A stretch of DNA of 64,000 nt from Felis catus (lineage: Eukaryota): positions 67,086,001-67,150,000 of the forward strand of contig NC_058368.1 in the NCBI RefSeq assembly GCF_018350175.1, written 5' to 3'. Positions 50,201-62,233 of the stretch are shown here, piece by piece. Both the position numbers and the translations under genes were made by a program. The stretch's first letter is position 1. Each line of letters opens with the position of its first letter. A model generated the notes under the pieces. The model was not told where the DNA came from. It worked only from the letters and a program-made list of their open reading frames with translations, and did no database searches.

Positions 50201-51684
50201 CAGAGTATAAGCAACGATAACCATAAAAAAAAAAACACACAAAAACTGATAAACAGGATTTCATCAAAAACTTTCCATTCCTTAAAAGATATTATTAGGT
50301 AAATAAAAAAGCAAGCCACAGGTTGAAAGAAAATGTTGGCAATTTATACATCTGGCAAACGACTAGCCTCCTGCATATACAGAACTCACACAATTCATCA
50401 AGATGAAAACCCCACTATAAAAGAGAAGGGGCAAACGCTTGCATAGATACTTCACAGAGAAGATTCACGAACAGCAAAGAAGCACATAAAAAGATACTGA
50501 GCATCATTACTCAACAATGAAGTGAAGACCAAAACCATAATGAGATACTATTACACATACCCATGAATAACTAAAATTAAAAATACTGACAATACCAAGT
50601 CTTGGTGAGGATACACTGCTCTTCCCTAGCCAACTACAACACTGACAAATCGCCCCTAGAGATGAACTTTTCTTTCACAAAATGCACAGGTCCAATTCAA
50701 GTTTATATCCAAGGGGGAAAATGGAGGGGGAAATATGTTTAAAAGATTTTAAAGTGTTAAACAATGTAAGATGCATTACTACCTCATTCTAATTTTGTCA
50801 GAAGGTTACAAAGAGAAACAGAAATTCCAACCAAATATACTTCTTAGGAATGCTCTATTTCCATTAATACTGCAGTTTCACTATGACCGTATTCTCAGGA
50901 CGCTAGCCCCTAGACATTTTCAGAAAGAAAATGTAACTACAGACTAATAGGCAAAATACTGGATTGAGCCATATGAAATTGCTGTTTATTAAGCCCTCAA
51001 CAATTGAATATCTGCAATCTCATATTATCCAGCCTAAATATAAAGCAAAACGCAGGGTGTCTATACTGAAGCAAAATTAGCTTTAAGTAAAAACAAAACA
51101 AAGTTCTGTCTGAGAACTGTGGACATGACACCATGTGGCTGACATGCCGACTAACTTTGCACAGTGTAGAGAGTGAATTCAGGGGGAGGTGAACAGGTGG
51201 GGTGGACCCTTCCCTTCTCACAACCAGTACACTCTGCTGCACATGGTTTTTGTTTTTTAACTCCAGCTCCATTTCTTGCAGACTCTGCTCAGGAGAAGTC
51301 AGCAAGCTGACTCTGCCTCCTGGCCGGTCCCCTTCTACTTCCTTCTCAGAGTCTATAATAAAGTATGCCTGATGTCCTGACTGCTGATCTTACAATACGG
51401 CTGAGCTGGAGAAGGGTCTAGAAAGAAGAAGTAAAATGGTCAAGAGAAGAGGGTCTTAAGGGAAAAGATCAGAAGAAAGGGGAAGAGTCCACTGAGAAAG
51501 ACTATGTGATCTAAGTAGTATAGATACAAGAAGCATGTCTTTTTCTCCAAATTACAGAATTCTAAAAACACAGCTATACCACTTAAATGACTAAAAATAC
51601 ACTTGGGGTAAGTAAAATTATTTCTCTACATAGAAGATTGCTCTACAGATGTCCCTCCCGTGAGATGCACTGCATAAATGTCAA

Positions 51685-52292
51685 TAGTCCACTCTCCTTA
51701 TCCGTGGTAGGTGTGTGTTATAAAGTCACTGTGACCATGAATTGGTGAATACTAATTGCTCCTGGGAAAACACAGACTTGGGTTCCTGCCAGCCTTTGAT
51801 AACATTTTTATCATCAATACACACATAACCGTATGTTGTGTGTTTCTGTTTAATGACACCGTATTTACTGTCCGTTGTGGACTCATTAACATTGGACTCA
51901 CGCCAAAAGCACAACTCATACCTGAACCAAGCTTATCTAAGACAGGCATTTTCCTGTAGTATGTGCCACATTTTCTCCACAAGGCACATCACAGCCTTCA
52001 TGTGCTCAGGAACACTAGACAGCACTTCCACACTCCATGTGAGGCGATGTTAAACAGCAAAATCACCAACAAAAAGGACAAAAGTGCAGAAAACAGGCAC
52101 TAAATATAAATAGACTGTGAAAAGGTACTTATTTACAGTATGACAGCTAGTGACTCAAAATTTTAGCAACTGTGTGCATACCCACAAATGACCATGAAAG
52201 AGCTTCGAGTACTGATTTGGGGATTACATATAAATTTTAGCAAGTAGGCAAATTTGCAAACTACGGGGTCTGTGAATAATGAGGATTGACTG
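51685..52292 (-). mobile_element. MER82 (TcMar-Tigger) near full-length relic
   Basis: Reverse strand begins cagtcaatcctcattattcac with flanking TA; internal gtgctgtctagtgttcctgagcacatgaaggctgtgatgtgcctt and cttagataagcttggttcaggtatgagtt; degenerate inverted terminus near 51685. Confidence 0.85.
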
Positions 52293-53349
52293 TATATAAA
52301 TTCTGGCAAGACAGGTCCACAATAGAGGATAAAAGGAAACTAGGATATTTGCAGGGAATCAGCTCATCCTAGAAGTTCAAACGAAGAAAAATACTCTCTC
52401 ACAAATCATCCTTTGGGGTAACTAAAAAAATGAAGACAAGACTCTAGCCACAAGAAGAAATATGGTCAAACCGATCCAATTCTATAAGAAGTCTGCACCA
52501 GGAAGCAAGTAGCAAAAAACAACATCCACGAACTCAAAAAGTGCCAGCTCTGGCTTTACCCGGCATTCAGAGCAAACCAACCACCAACAGGGACACAAAG
52601 TCAAGAAACCCAGAGCCAATCGGACTAAAGATCTTCAGTAAAAACCTCTGTGCCATATGCATTCTGCAATACAAGAAACTCTCTGTACCACAAGCCAAGA
52701 CCGTCTTGATTACTGAGACTCCCATCCTGCCCACCCCAGGACTACAGACCTATAACATTCAGGCTCACTTCCACCTGGGCCTGAAGCCAAGGTCAGGCTG
52801 GCAAATGAGAGATCCATCCCCACCAGTGGCGGGGCTGGAGACTGTCCTCTGATCCGTGCACACCTCGTCTGAAGGTACCATCCTCCCCGCAGCCTGGCAC
52901 CTACCCTCCTGTGTTCTCAGCTGAGGAAGTAGCCCCTTGATATTTGAAGCTGGACATGTCCTGCTTTTCTGTGTCTTGGCCAAGAACAAAGACGGTAAGT
53001 AAACCACTAGTCCCACCATAGAGGTAATAGCAATCCATGCTGGGAAAATGACTCGTGACTGGCAGGGACTTTCTAAAATGATGAAGTATAATGTTCAAAA
53101 CACCACTAAGGTGAGGAACCTGTGTTCTTCACGCCAATCTGGTGACTTTACAAAAACACAGCCTGTGTTGCACAATCCCATGACTTGCTACAAAGTTCTG
53201 AAAAAAATGCCCTAGAAATTTGAGGAACCTCAATAGACCACCATGGGCTGTTTCTACAGACCACCAACTGGAAACACTAATCCAAGCAACATGTCATAGT
53301 TCATAAAAACTCCTCTTAATTTAATCAAATTTAAGAGAAAAATCAATGA

Positions 53350-53945
53350 TCAAGTGGGAACGTAAAATGATGCGGCCATCGCAGAAGAGAGCACGGCAGT
53401 TCCTCAAAAAGATTAAGCCTATAGCCCAGCAATTCCACTTTTGGGAATGTACCCGAAAGAACTGCCAGTACAGACTTGAAGAGGTATTTGTAGACCCACG
53501 TTCACAGCAGCAGTATCCACAATCACCAAGAGATGGAGACAAATCTCCCAAATGCTGACAGATGAATGGGGAAACAAAATGTGGTACATCCATACAATGG
53601 AATAGTATCCAGCCTTAAAAAGGAGTAAAATTCTGACACTATGGATAAACCTTGAAGACATTACGCTATCTGACATAAGCCAGACACAAGATGACAAATA
53701 CTGCATGAATCCACTTACAGGAGGTACCTAGACCAGGGGTTAGGGTTAGGGACAGGAAGTAAAAAGGTGATGGCTGTGGGGGAGGGGCCTGGGGAGTTCA
53801 GTGTTTCGTGTGTACAGAATTTCAGTCTGGGAAGATAAGTTCTGGAGATGAATAGTGGGGATGGCCACACAACAATGTGAATGTACTTAATGTCACATAA
53901 AGAGCTAAAATGGGAAGTTTTTATGTCATGCGTATTTTACCACAA
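53350..53945 (+). mobile_element. L1MB-like ORF2 end and 3' UTR
   Basis: cccagcaattccactt, aatgtggtacatccatacaatggaatagtatccagccttaaaaagga, gtgaatgtacttaatg. Confidence 0.88.
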
Positions 53946-55024
53946 TCAATCAATGCCTGCTCCTGAGCTCATACAACTCTTGATCTCGGGGTTGTGAATT
54001 TGAGCCCCACACTGGGTGCAGAGATTGCTTAAAAATAAAATCTTAAAAAAAAAAAAATCTCAAAGCTCCTAAAGAGTAATTGTACCAAAGCTGTGCAAAG
54101 GTAGACAAATGACAAGTCATTTATACATACGATACATCCCTCAACACCCTTCACTATTATAAACTATAGCCACTCTAGTGACAACACCCAACCTGGTGTT
54201 CTCCCACGACGGGGATCAGGAGGTGGGGCCTGAGCCTAAGGCACAAATGTTCACAGAGGGCTTTCAGAGCTGCTGAAATGTCTATGTCTTCACCTAGCAG
54301 GATTCTAGAAATTGGTGTTTCCCACCTTTCTGGAATTTCAGGTTACGCCTACTGGTTTAACCCTCTTTGTAAGGGGACAATCCTTTTAGGATAATCAAGC
54401 CAGCAAATTAACACCTTTGAGAGATGTTTACATCCAGGTAAGCAAATGTGCCAGGTCAGATCGGATTTCCCAAAGGTAACCTTCCAAAGTTAGTGAGAAG
54501 AGGAAGAAAAACAGGTGAACGACAACTAACCTGTGCAGCAGAGCTCTGTTGGACTGAAATATCACCTCAAACCTGACTTCCATGTTTAAGGTTTTCACAG
54601 TAGAGCCCTAGTGGAATTTCCTATTTATTTATGGAAGCTAATAAGCATGACCTGGAAAAACAAAAATCTAGCTAATTTACAGAGAAATCGGACTATTCTT
54701 CTCCTAAATGGTACAATGGACTACAATGGAGTAATGAGGGGGGGGGCGGGGGGGACAGCAACGAAGACCGCTTGACTAGAGCAAAGACCCCTTGACTAGA
54801 GCATACAAGCACTACTACCATTTCCAGGTCACAGAAGAGGACCCGGAGTTTACATGTCATAACACGGACAGTAAGAAGCCTCTGAGATTCACACAATTCC
54901 AAGATTAATAAGACTCTGCTCAAAGGAAGAACGTGGAGGAGACATCTTGCGTTTTGCCAAGGAAATATTCACAAGAAACAGAAGCTCTAAATAAGCAGCA
55001 ACTAGGTAAAAGAAGCAATATTTT

Positions 55025-55464
55025 TTTTTAGTTTTTTTTAAATGTTTATTTATTTTTGAGAGGACAGAAACAGAATGTGAGTGGGTTAGGGGCAGAGAGA
55101 GAGGGAGACACAGAATCCGAAGCAGGCTCCAGGCTCTGAGCTGTCAGCACAGAGCCCGATGCGGGGCTCGAACTCATGAACTGTGAGATCATGACCTGAG
55201 CTGAAGTTGGGACACTCAACCGACTGAGCCACCCAGGTGCCTCAAGAAGCAATATTTTTTAAATATTTATTTATTTACTTTGAGAGAGGGAGAGAACAAG
55301 CGGGGGAGGGACAGAGAAGAGGGAGAGAGAGAATCCCAAGCAGGCTCCATGCTCAGCACAGGGGCCTACATGGGGCACGATCATGCAACCCAACGTGATG
55401 AGATCATGACCTGAGCCAAAATCAAGAGTTGGACACTTAACCGGCTGAGCCACCCAAGTGCCCC
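55025..55464 (-). mobile_element. Two tandem Can-SINEs (55025-55243, 55259-55464) sharing a triplicated TSD
   Basis: aagaagcaatatttt at 55010, 55244 and 55465. Confidence 0.95.
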
Positions 55465-55644
55465 AAGAAGCAATATTTTAAACGGTTTGGTTTTATCTTT
55501 CAATAAGGACTTAATATAAATTATATATATTGGGGTGCCTGGCTGGCTCAGTTGGAAGACAATGAGGGTCTTGATTTTGGGGTCATAAGTTCGAGTCCCA
55601 TGTTGGGTGTAGAGATTACTTCAACCTCAAAAACTTCAAACAAA

Positions 55645-55872
55645 ATTGTATATATTTAGGGTGTACAATGTCATATTTTGATATAGCTATACATTGGGAA
55701 ATGAGAACTATAGTTAAGCTAATTAACATATCCATCACTTCGGTTATCATGGTGTGTGTGTGTGTGCACACGCGTGTGTGTGTGTACGCGCGCGTGTGTG
55801 TGCGCGCACGTGTGTGTGTGGTGGGAACACTTAAGATCTACTCTCTTAGCAAATTTCATGTATACAATACAG
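55645..55872 (-). mobile_element. L1MA-like 3' fragment with internal TG/CG microsatellite
   Basis: tatatttagggtgtacaatg...aagctaattaacatatccatcac...aacacttaagatctactctcttagcaaatttca. Confidence 0.8.
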
Positions 55873-55887
55873 ATAAAATGAGGTGTT

Positions 55888-56112
55888 TGTGTTTTTATTT
55901 TTTCGTACTTACTTATTTTTGAGAGAACGCAAGCAGGGGAGGGGCAGAGAGAAGAGGACAGAGGACCTGTAGTGGGCTCTGTGTGGACAGGCTGACAGTA
56001 GCGAGCCCAATGTGGGGCTCGAACTCACCAACCGCAAGATCATGGCTTGACTTAACCTAAGCCGAGGTCAGAGATGCTGATGCTCCACCCACTGAGCCAC
56101 CCCAGGTGCCCC
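55888..56112 (-). mobile_element. Can-SINE
   Basis: Reverse head ...gccaccccaggtgcccc. Confidence 0.88.
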
Positions 56113-56594
56113 TGTGGTTTTGTTTTTAAAGCCCAAGGCAAAGATATATCTGGGATCAAATTCGTGCAAAGCCCTTGAGCTCTTGTCACTGGTATGTCTG
56201 TGGCAGCTCCTTTGTAGAAACACCTGAGATCCTCACTCCCTTCATAATAGTGAAGATTATGGCATTTTTTGCATACAAAAACACTGAACACATCAAATCA
56301 GGTCCTGTCATTAAAACTGCTACACTAAAGGAGAAGAAAATACTGCATAAATAATTTGAATGGAAAGCAACATAAAGCACACGAAACTGTAAGTTCTCTC
56401 CAAAATTACTAAAAACAATGTAAAATTTAAAGTTTCATCCCAAACATCCAACTACTTTCTTTAATACTATTAAAAACAACCACAACTAAGGAACATAGTG
56501 AATGTGCTTGGCATAGATTCTATTTATGTTTTTCTTTAATTAACACAATTAGAACATGATTAAATGGTTCATTTAAAAAATTATTCCCTGTCTC

Positions 56595-56819
56595 GGGGTG
56601 CCTGGGTGGCTCAGTCAGTTAAGCGTCTGACTTCAGCTCAGGTCATGACCTCGCGGTCCGTGAGTTCAAGCCCCGCGTCGGGCTCTGTGCTGACCGTTCA
56701 GAGCCTGGAGCCTGTTTCGGATTCTGTGTCTCCCTCTCTCCCTGACCCTCCCCCGTTCGTGCTCTGTCTCTCTCTGTCTCAAAAATAAATAAACGTTAAA
56801 AAAAATTTTTTTTTTTTTT
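56595..56819 (+). mobile_element. Can-SINE (young)
   Basis: Perfect TSD aattattccctgtctc. Confidence 0.95.
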
Positions 56820-57184
56820 AATTATTCCCTGTCTCAAATAGAATCTTTTCTCTCAGCTTCAATTTTATAGATCCAGTTTCACAGAAGGTCACTCGTAAAA
56901 TACAATTCTGATGTAAATAAAAGTTTTAATGAACAGCATTTCCATACATACAACTAGGAGATTTAGGGTGTGAAAACACTGGACATTGTTCATGCCTAAA
57001 TCAATCTGATACTTATTTTTGATACTTTTTAATTAGATTCTTTTTAATTAATTAAGATACTTTTTAATTAGACTCCGTTACAAATAGAGTATTTTGCAAC
57101 AGCCTGCAGCCCTGTTATCAAAGGCAGCCCTGATATGATCCCAATAGAAAACTTTCATTATATATCAGTAAAGTTCACTTAAAG

Positions 57185-57189
<5 letters not shown>

Positions 57190-57226
<37 letters not shown>
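57190..57226. repeat. (CA)n microsatellite
   Basis: Direct reading. Confidence 0.95.
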
Positions 57227-57229
<3 letters not shown>

Positions 57230-57317
57230 CCTGATATAAGTACCAAGCTTCTCTGATATTGAAATGATGCTATATACAAAAATGTTAATGTATGAACTTT
57301 CCCAAAATGTTTTATGT

Positions 57318-57500
57318 TCCCCCCCCCCCGCCCGAGAGAAAGAGAGCCAGTGGGGGAGGGGCAGAGGAAGAGGGAGAGAATCATAAGCGGACTTCACACT
57401 GAAGCCCGACGTGGGACTTGATCTCACAACCATGAGATCATGACCTGAGCTGAAATCAAGAGTCAGACACCTGACCGACCGAGGCACCCAGGCGCCCCCC
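57318..57500 (-). mobile_element. Can-SINE ~50 bp downstream of the exon 4 donor, sense to ABCC4
   Basis: Reverse head ...ggcacccaggcgcccc. Confidence 0.88.
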
Positions 57501-57551
57501 CCGCAACAAGATGCTTCAGGTGAGGTACACATGATACCAAATGACACTTAC

Positions 57552-57776
57552 CTTCCGATAAATCATATGGCACATGGCAACTCTTAGCCTCATGCCAGCG
57601 CACTGGACATGATAGAAGTATAAGTGATGCAGTATGGCCAGAACGAGCGTGCAGGCGGTCAGCACCGTGGCATAGACGTAGGCTTCGGGCAAAGCCACAG
57701 AATCAGCAGGATCATGGTCTTCGAAATAATTAATAATTTTCCCCAAAAATATGGGCTGGATTACTTTGGTGCCTTC
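57552..57776 (-). CDS. ABCC4: ABCC4 exon 4 (human numbering), 225 nt, TM1-TM2 region
   Basis: cctttcag|GAAGGC...CGGAAG|gtaagt; [18 protein letters not shown]...[26 protein letters not shown]. Confidence 0.97.
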
Positions 57777-58730
57777 CTGAAAGGAAAGAAAAAAGCCTTC
57801 ATTAGAAATACAGGTCATACCAGTTTTTCGTAACACGAGCTTTGCTTTTATTGCTAACATGTAAAAAAAAAAAAAAAAAAGCACTTTAACAAAGTACTAC
57901 ATTCATCACTAATCTCAAAGCAAAACAGAACTATTTTCTTCTTTAAGACAGGCCAGTAATAGTTTAAACTTAAGCCAAAATTTGAAGTGCAAAGGCAATA
58001 AAGCTTTAGTACGTTGTGCTTGGGTACACTTTGGATGCTCCATAAATGTTACAACCACTGTTTTAGAACGCATTTGGCAAACTATCAAATAAGTCTTGGT
58101 CTATAATAAGGAAAAGAGTAGCAAAAAAAAAAAAAAAAAAGAGTAAGGGATGTGCATACATGTGGCAGCCCCAGCTCACAGCGTGCCCACCGATTTCACC
58201 TGCACTCTCAACGTCCCAGCCCAAAGCAAAGCCAAGAATGGCTCACTTGTGGGAGGCACACCCTTGCAACCAAACACACCCCAAAGAGGGAACCCTCCGA
58301 TCTTTCTCAACCCAAACTCCACATGTCGGTAGGTCCGGAGAACGGAGTCCATTCTCCAACTTCTGTTGGAGGAAGAAAAAGGACCAGGCTTGAGAGGTTC
58401 CCAGGCTCTCCATAGCAGGGGTGAAGCTGAGCACTGCCTCCTGGAGTCAGGAGTTTAACACAGCACAAGCCAAACTCAAAAGAATGCCATCAGTGGTTCT
58501 CTATCAGCCACACGTGGCAGGTGCCAGTTCTGAAGAATTTTTATGATCATCTATTTTACTCCCCGAGGCAAAAAATTAAAATTCTACACCAATGAGGGAG
58601 GAGGCACTGGGGCTTCCTTCCTAAGACTTCGGGAAAGCAATTCTTCTCCCTAAAACTAAAAGGCAAAGAAACAGCAGAAGTTGCCCCTCCCTGCCAGATG
58701 GCCGCTTCACCCCACAACTTACTTCCACTC

Positions 58731-58913
58731 TTTTTTTTTAATGTTTCTTTTTCTTTTGAGAGAGTGGGAGAGGGGCAGAGAAAGGGGGAGACAGAGGATC
58801 CGAAGCAGGCTCTGCGTTGACAGCAGTGAGACCAATATGGGGCTCAAACTCACAAACCGTGAGATGACCTGAGCTGAAGTCGGATGCTTAACTGACTGAG
58901 CCACCCAGGTGCC
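58731..58913 (-). mobile_element. Can-SINE
   Basis: TSD cttacttcca(c/t)tctt. Confidence 0.92.
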
Positions 58914-59428
58914 CTTACTTCCATTCTTATGAGGTACCTTCCCCTGGCATCAAAGAACATCAAACACTCAATGCAAGCCCACATCACATCACCAAAAGTA
59001 AACACACAGGCCCTCAACATCATTTCCTCTAATGCCAAAAGCTTGGAAATACTTCAAGCACTAGACTTTGAAACAAGCATTTCCCCTCAAGCAATCTCTC
59101 CTTATTAACCCAGACATGGCAAACAACCAACAGGTTTTCTTTCCGTCTGTCCCAAGCGAGGAACCCATGGCACAAAAGGGCAAGGGAACCCAAAAAAAAA
59201 CAAATCCCAAAACAAAACTAAAATGCATTTTCTTCCCTACCAACTAGCACCCCTTCAGGATATTTATAGAAAGATGTTCCCATCCATCACATGGGCGTGC
59301 CATTAAACCCCAACACCGCACACACATGCACATGCACGTTCTCAGGCTTCACCGACAGCCTTGCCTTTCATGACATCATGACAGTTCTCTTCTACAAAGA
59401 AATGCTGTTTATTAAAGACGACAATCAG

Positions 59429-59670
59429 GGGGCGCCTGGGTGGCGCAGTCGGTTAAGCGTCCGACTTCAGCCAGGTCACGATCTTGTGGTCCGCGAGTTC
59501 GAGCCCCGCGTCGGGCTCTGGGCTGATGGCTCAGAGCCTGGAGCCTGTTTCCGATTCTGTGTCTCCCTCCCTCTCTGTCCCTCCCCCGTTCATGCTCTGT
59601 CTCTCTCTGTCCCAAAAATAAATAAACATTGAAAAAAAATTTTTTTTAATAAAAAAAAAATAAAATAAAA
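59429..59670 (+). mobile_element. Young SINEC_Fc
   Basis: Perfect TSD taaagacgacaatcag (59413-59428 / 59671-59686). Confidence 0.96.
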
Positions 59671-60141
59671 TAAAGACGACAATCAGATCTCAACACAAAG
59701 GCTCACTGATACGTTTCCAGCATGCCCAATCATTCATCCCAAGAAGCATCAAGAGTTTAAGAAAGCAGCCCAAACACAACGGGCCATAAAACAGACTATT
59801 TAGGTGATCACAGAGACGAAAATCTGGAGGCTTACACAGTGAAGCAAAAACTCCAAACTGTACATATGGATAGTCCCAGCCCTGGCGGGCAGCACACGCC
59901 CTGGAGCCGACCACCAGCAGCCAAGGGGTAAACACCCGCCATCCCAAACGTTCCTAAAACGGAGGATCGTGTCTGGGAGTCACTGTTGTCTGTTCCTCAG
60001 CTCTCCATTTGAGCCTAACATGGGTGTGGATAAAGGAAAATATAATCGGAGTCACCCATCAGAGAGAAAACTGACAGATGCAACAAATCCAGGCAAAAGA
60101 GTATAAAGGCAGGTCACTGCCAACTAAGCACCTGGATTTTT

Positions 60142-60351
60142 TTTTTTTTTTTCAACGTTTATTTGTGGGACAGAGAGAGACAGAGCATGAACGGGCGAGG
60201 GGCAGAGAGAGAGGGAGACACAGAATCGGAAACAGGCTCCAGGCTCTGAGCCATCAGCCCAGAGCCCGACGCGGGGCTCGAACTCACGGACCACAAGATC
60301 GTGACCTGGCTGAAGTCGGACGCTTAACCGACTGTGCCACCCAGGCGCCCC
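60142..60351 (-). mobile_element. Young SINEC_Fc
   Basis: Perfect TSD agcacctggattttt (60127-60141 / 60352-60366). Confidence 0.96.
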
Positions 60352-60563
60352 AGCACCTGGATTTTTCTGATAGTACTTAATAATCCAGCCAACCAATGGG
60401 CTCACTAATGAGTAAGGCCCACTCATGGCCCATGCCTTCCCACACATCCTCACCCTCAACAACTTAAGAAATAAAACTGGTAAAATATATATACTCAAAC
60501 TTGAACTAACCAAATAAAAACTTTCTAGGTAGCAGGAGCAACATCAAAAATTGTTTAAGCAAA

Positions 60564-60787
60564 GGCACCTGGGTGGCTCAGTCAGTTAAGGATCCAGCTT
60601 CAGCTCAGGTCAGGATTTCATGGTTTGTGGGTTTGAGCCCCCCATCGGGCTCTGGACTGGCAGTGCAGACCCTGCTTAGGATTCTCTCTCTCTCCCTCCC
60701 TCTCTCTGCCCCTTCTCTACCTGTGCTCCCATTCTCTCTCCGAATGAATGAATGAATGAATGAATGAATGAATTAAAAAAAAAAAAA
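60564..60787 (+). mobile_element. Can-SINE with (GAAT)n tail
   Basis: Head, CT region, tail. Confidence 0.9.
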
Positions 60788-60789
60788 GA

Positions 60790-61018
60790 CTTCTCCATTG
60801 ACAAGACTGTCTTGTGATTTAGAGCCAGTCTTGTCTTCTGGCACAAAGAGGGAGACACCCTTACAGATGTAGATTTCCTTCATAAATGTAACTGTCTGTT
60901 ACACAAGGGTAACTTCTACTCTGTCTTCAGGGCTTCTCCTCTCCTGTCTGATGCTTCTCAAAAATAATCTGTATGCCAAAGAGGCATATTCTGGGGTGGC
61001 ATATTCTGTTACCCTTCA
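60790..61018 (-). mobile_element. ERV1 LTR fragment (MER34-like)
   Basis: Reverse strand starts tgaagggtaacagaatatgccaccccagaatatgcctctttggcata. Confidence 0.75.
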
Positions 61019-61489
61019 ATCATATTCTATGTTTGTATTCTTCAAGTGTTCTTAAAGAAAGGGGGAACAAAAAGTATATGGAGCAGTTGACAGAGGAGCA
61101 CATAACTGTTGTCATGGGGAAAAAAAGACAAAGAAAACAAAACCCCCATACCTACCTACTCTTGACTCTCCGACCACTGTCGGTGGGGGCTCTGGCAGGA
61201 GAAGGCGTCAGGACAGAATGCAAAGACCACCAGCCTGGCGATCAGAACACTTTGCTTCAGAAACCAGGTCAGCCATTTTGCACATCACATGACCCTAACT
61301 CCATCCATGCCCTCCTGGGTCCCTGTACCCTGATGCATAGAAACACCTGCCTTGTCTACTTCAGAGGAATCCAGGCACAACTAAATGAGATACAACTGCT
61401 CAAAGTGCCCCAAAACCAGCATAAACTAAGTATAAACTAAGATCACCCTTATTACAGAGAAGTCCTGTAGAACAGAGTCCTATTCTATT

Positions 61490-61539
61490 CTTGTTGTTTA
61501 CTTTTTGAGAGAGAAAGAGCATATACACAAGCAGGAGAG

Positions 61540-61601
<62 letters not shown>

Positions 61602-62233
61602 AATCCCAGGCAGGCTCCATGCTGTCAGTGCAAAGCCTGATGCCGGGCTTGAACTGACAAACTGAGATAATGACCTATGCCGAAGTCAGACACTCAAATG
61701 ACTAAGCCACCCAGGTGCCCTGAGACTTATTCTATTCTTAGTGGCAGAGGCTAGTTTCACACAGGCTTGGAAAATCCATTGCTGCTTACAAACAACAATG
61801 GAGAACAAGGAGTCCAAGTGATTGAAACTTTTTTTTAATTTTTTTTTTTTAACATTTATTCACTTTTGAAAAACAGAGAGAGACAGAGCATGAGTAGGGG
61901 AGGGGCAGAGAGAGAGGGAGACACAGAATCCGAAGCAGGTTCCAGGCTCTGAGCTGTCAGCACAGAGCCCGACGCCAGGCTGGAACTCACAAGTCACTTA
62001 GGGGCACCTGGTGGCTCAGTCAGTTAAGCGTCCGACTTCAGCTCAGGTCATGATCTCACAGTGCATGAGTTCGAGCCCTGAGTCGGGCTCCACGCTGACA
62101 GTGTGAAGCCTGCTTGGGATTCTCTCTCTCCCTCTCTCTCTCCCTCCCTCTCTCTCTCTGCCCCTCCCCTGCTCATGCTCTCTGTCTCTCTCTCTCTCAA
62201 AATAAAAAAATTTTAAAAAATGTTAAAAAAAAT
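61490..62233. mobile_element. Three Can-SINEs: 61490-61720 (-, long AG repeat), 61828-61992 (-, head missing), 62001-62233 (+)
   Basis: Recognisable bodies and tails. Confidence 0.92.

Larger units (their letters stand above)
46330..50612 (+). mobile_element. Degraded old L1M (5' region through ORF2 3' part, with deletions), interrupted by MER20, a microsatellite and SINEs at 47947-48166, 48206-48402 and 49472-49678
   Basis: ataacaggcggtgcaagactgatccctgagagaag 5' motif; cagcaaacccca...ataaatacaaagaaaattacacctagg; tattataaagctacagtaatcaaga; aaaccataatgagatactattacac...actgacaataccaagt. Confidence 0.8.

Noticed and set aside
51726..52053. ORFs inside MER82 as a transposase or domesticated gene
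   Set aside because: Short, interrupted remnants of a non-autonomous Tigger derivative
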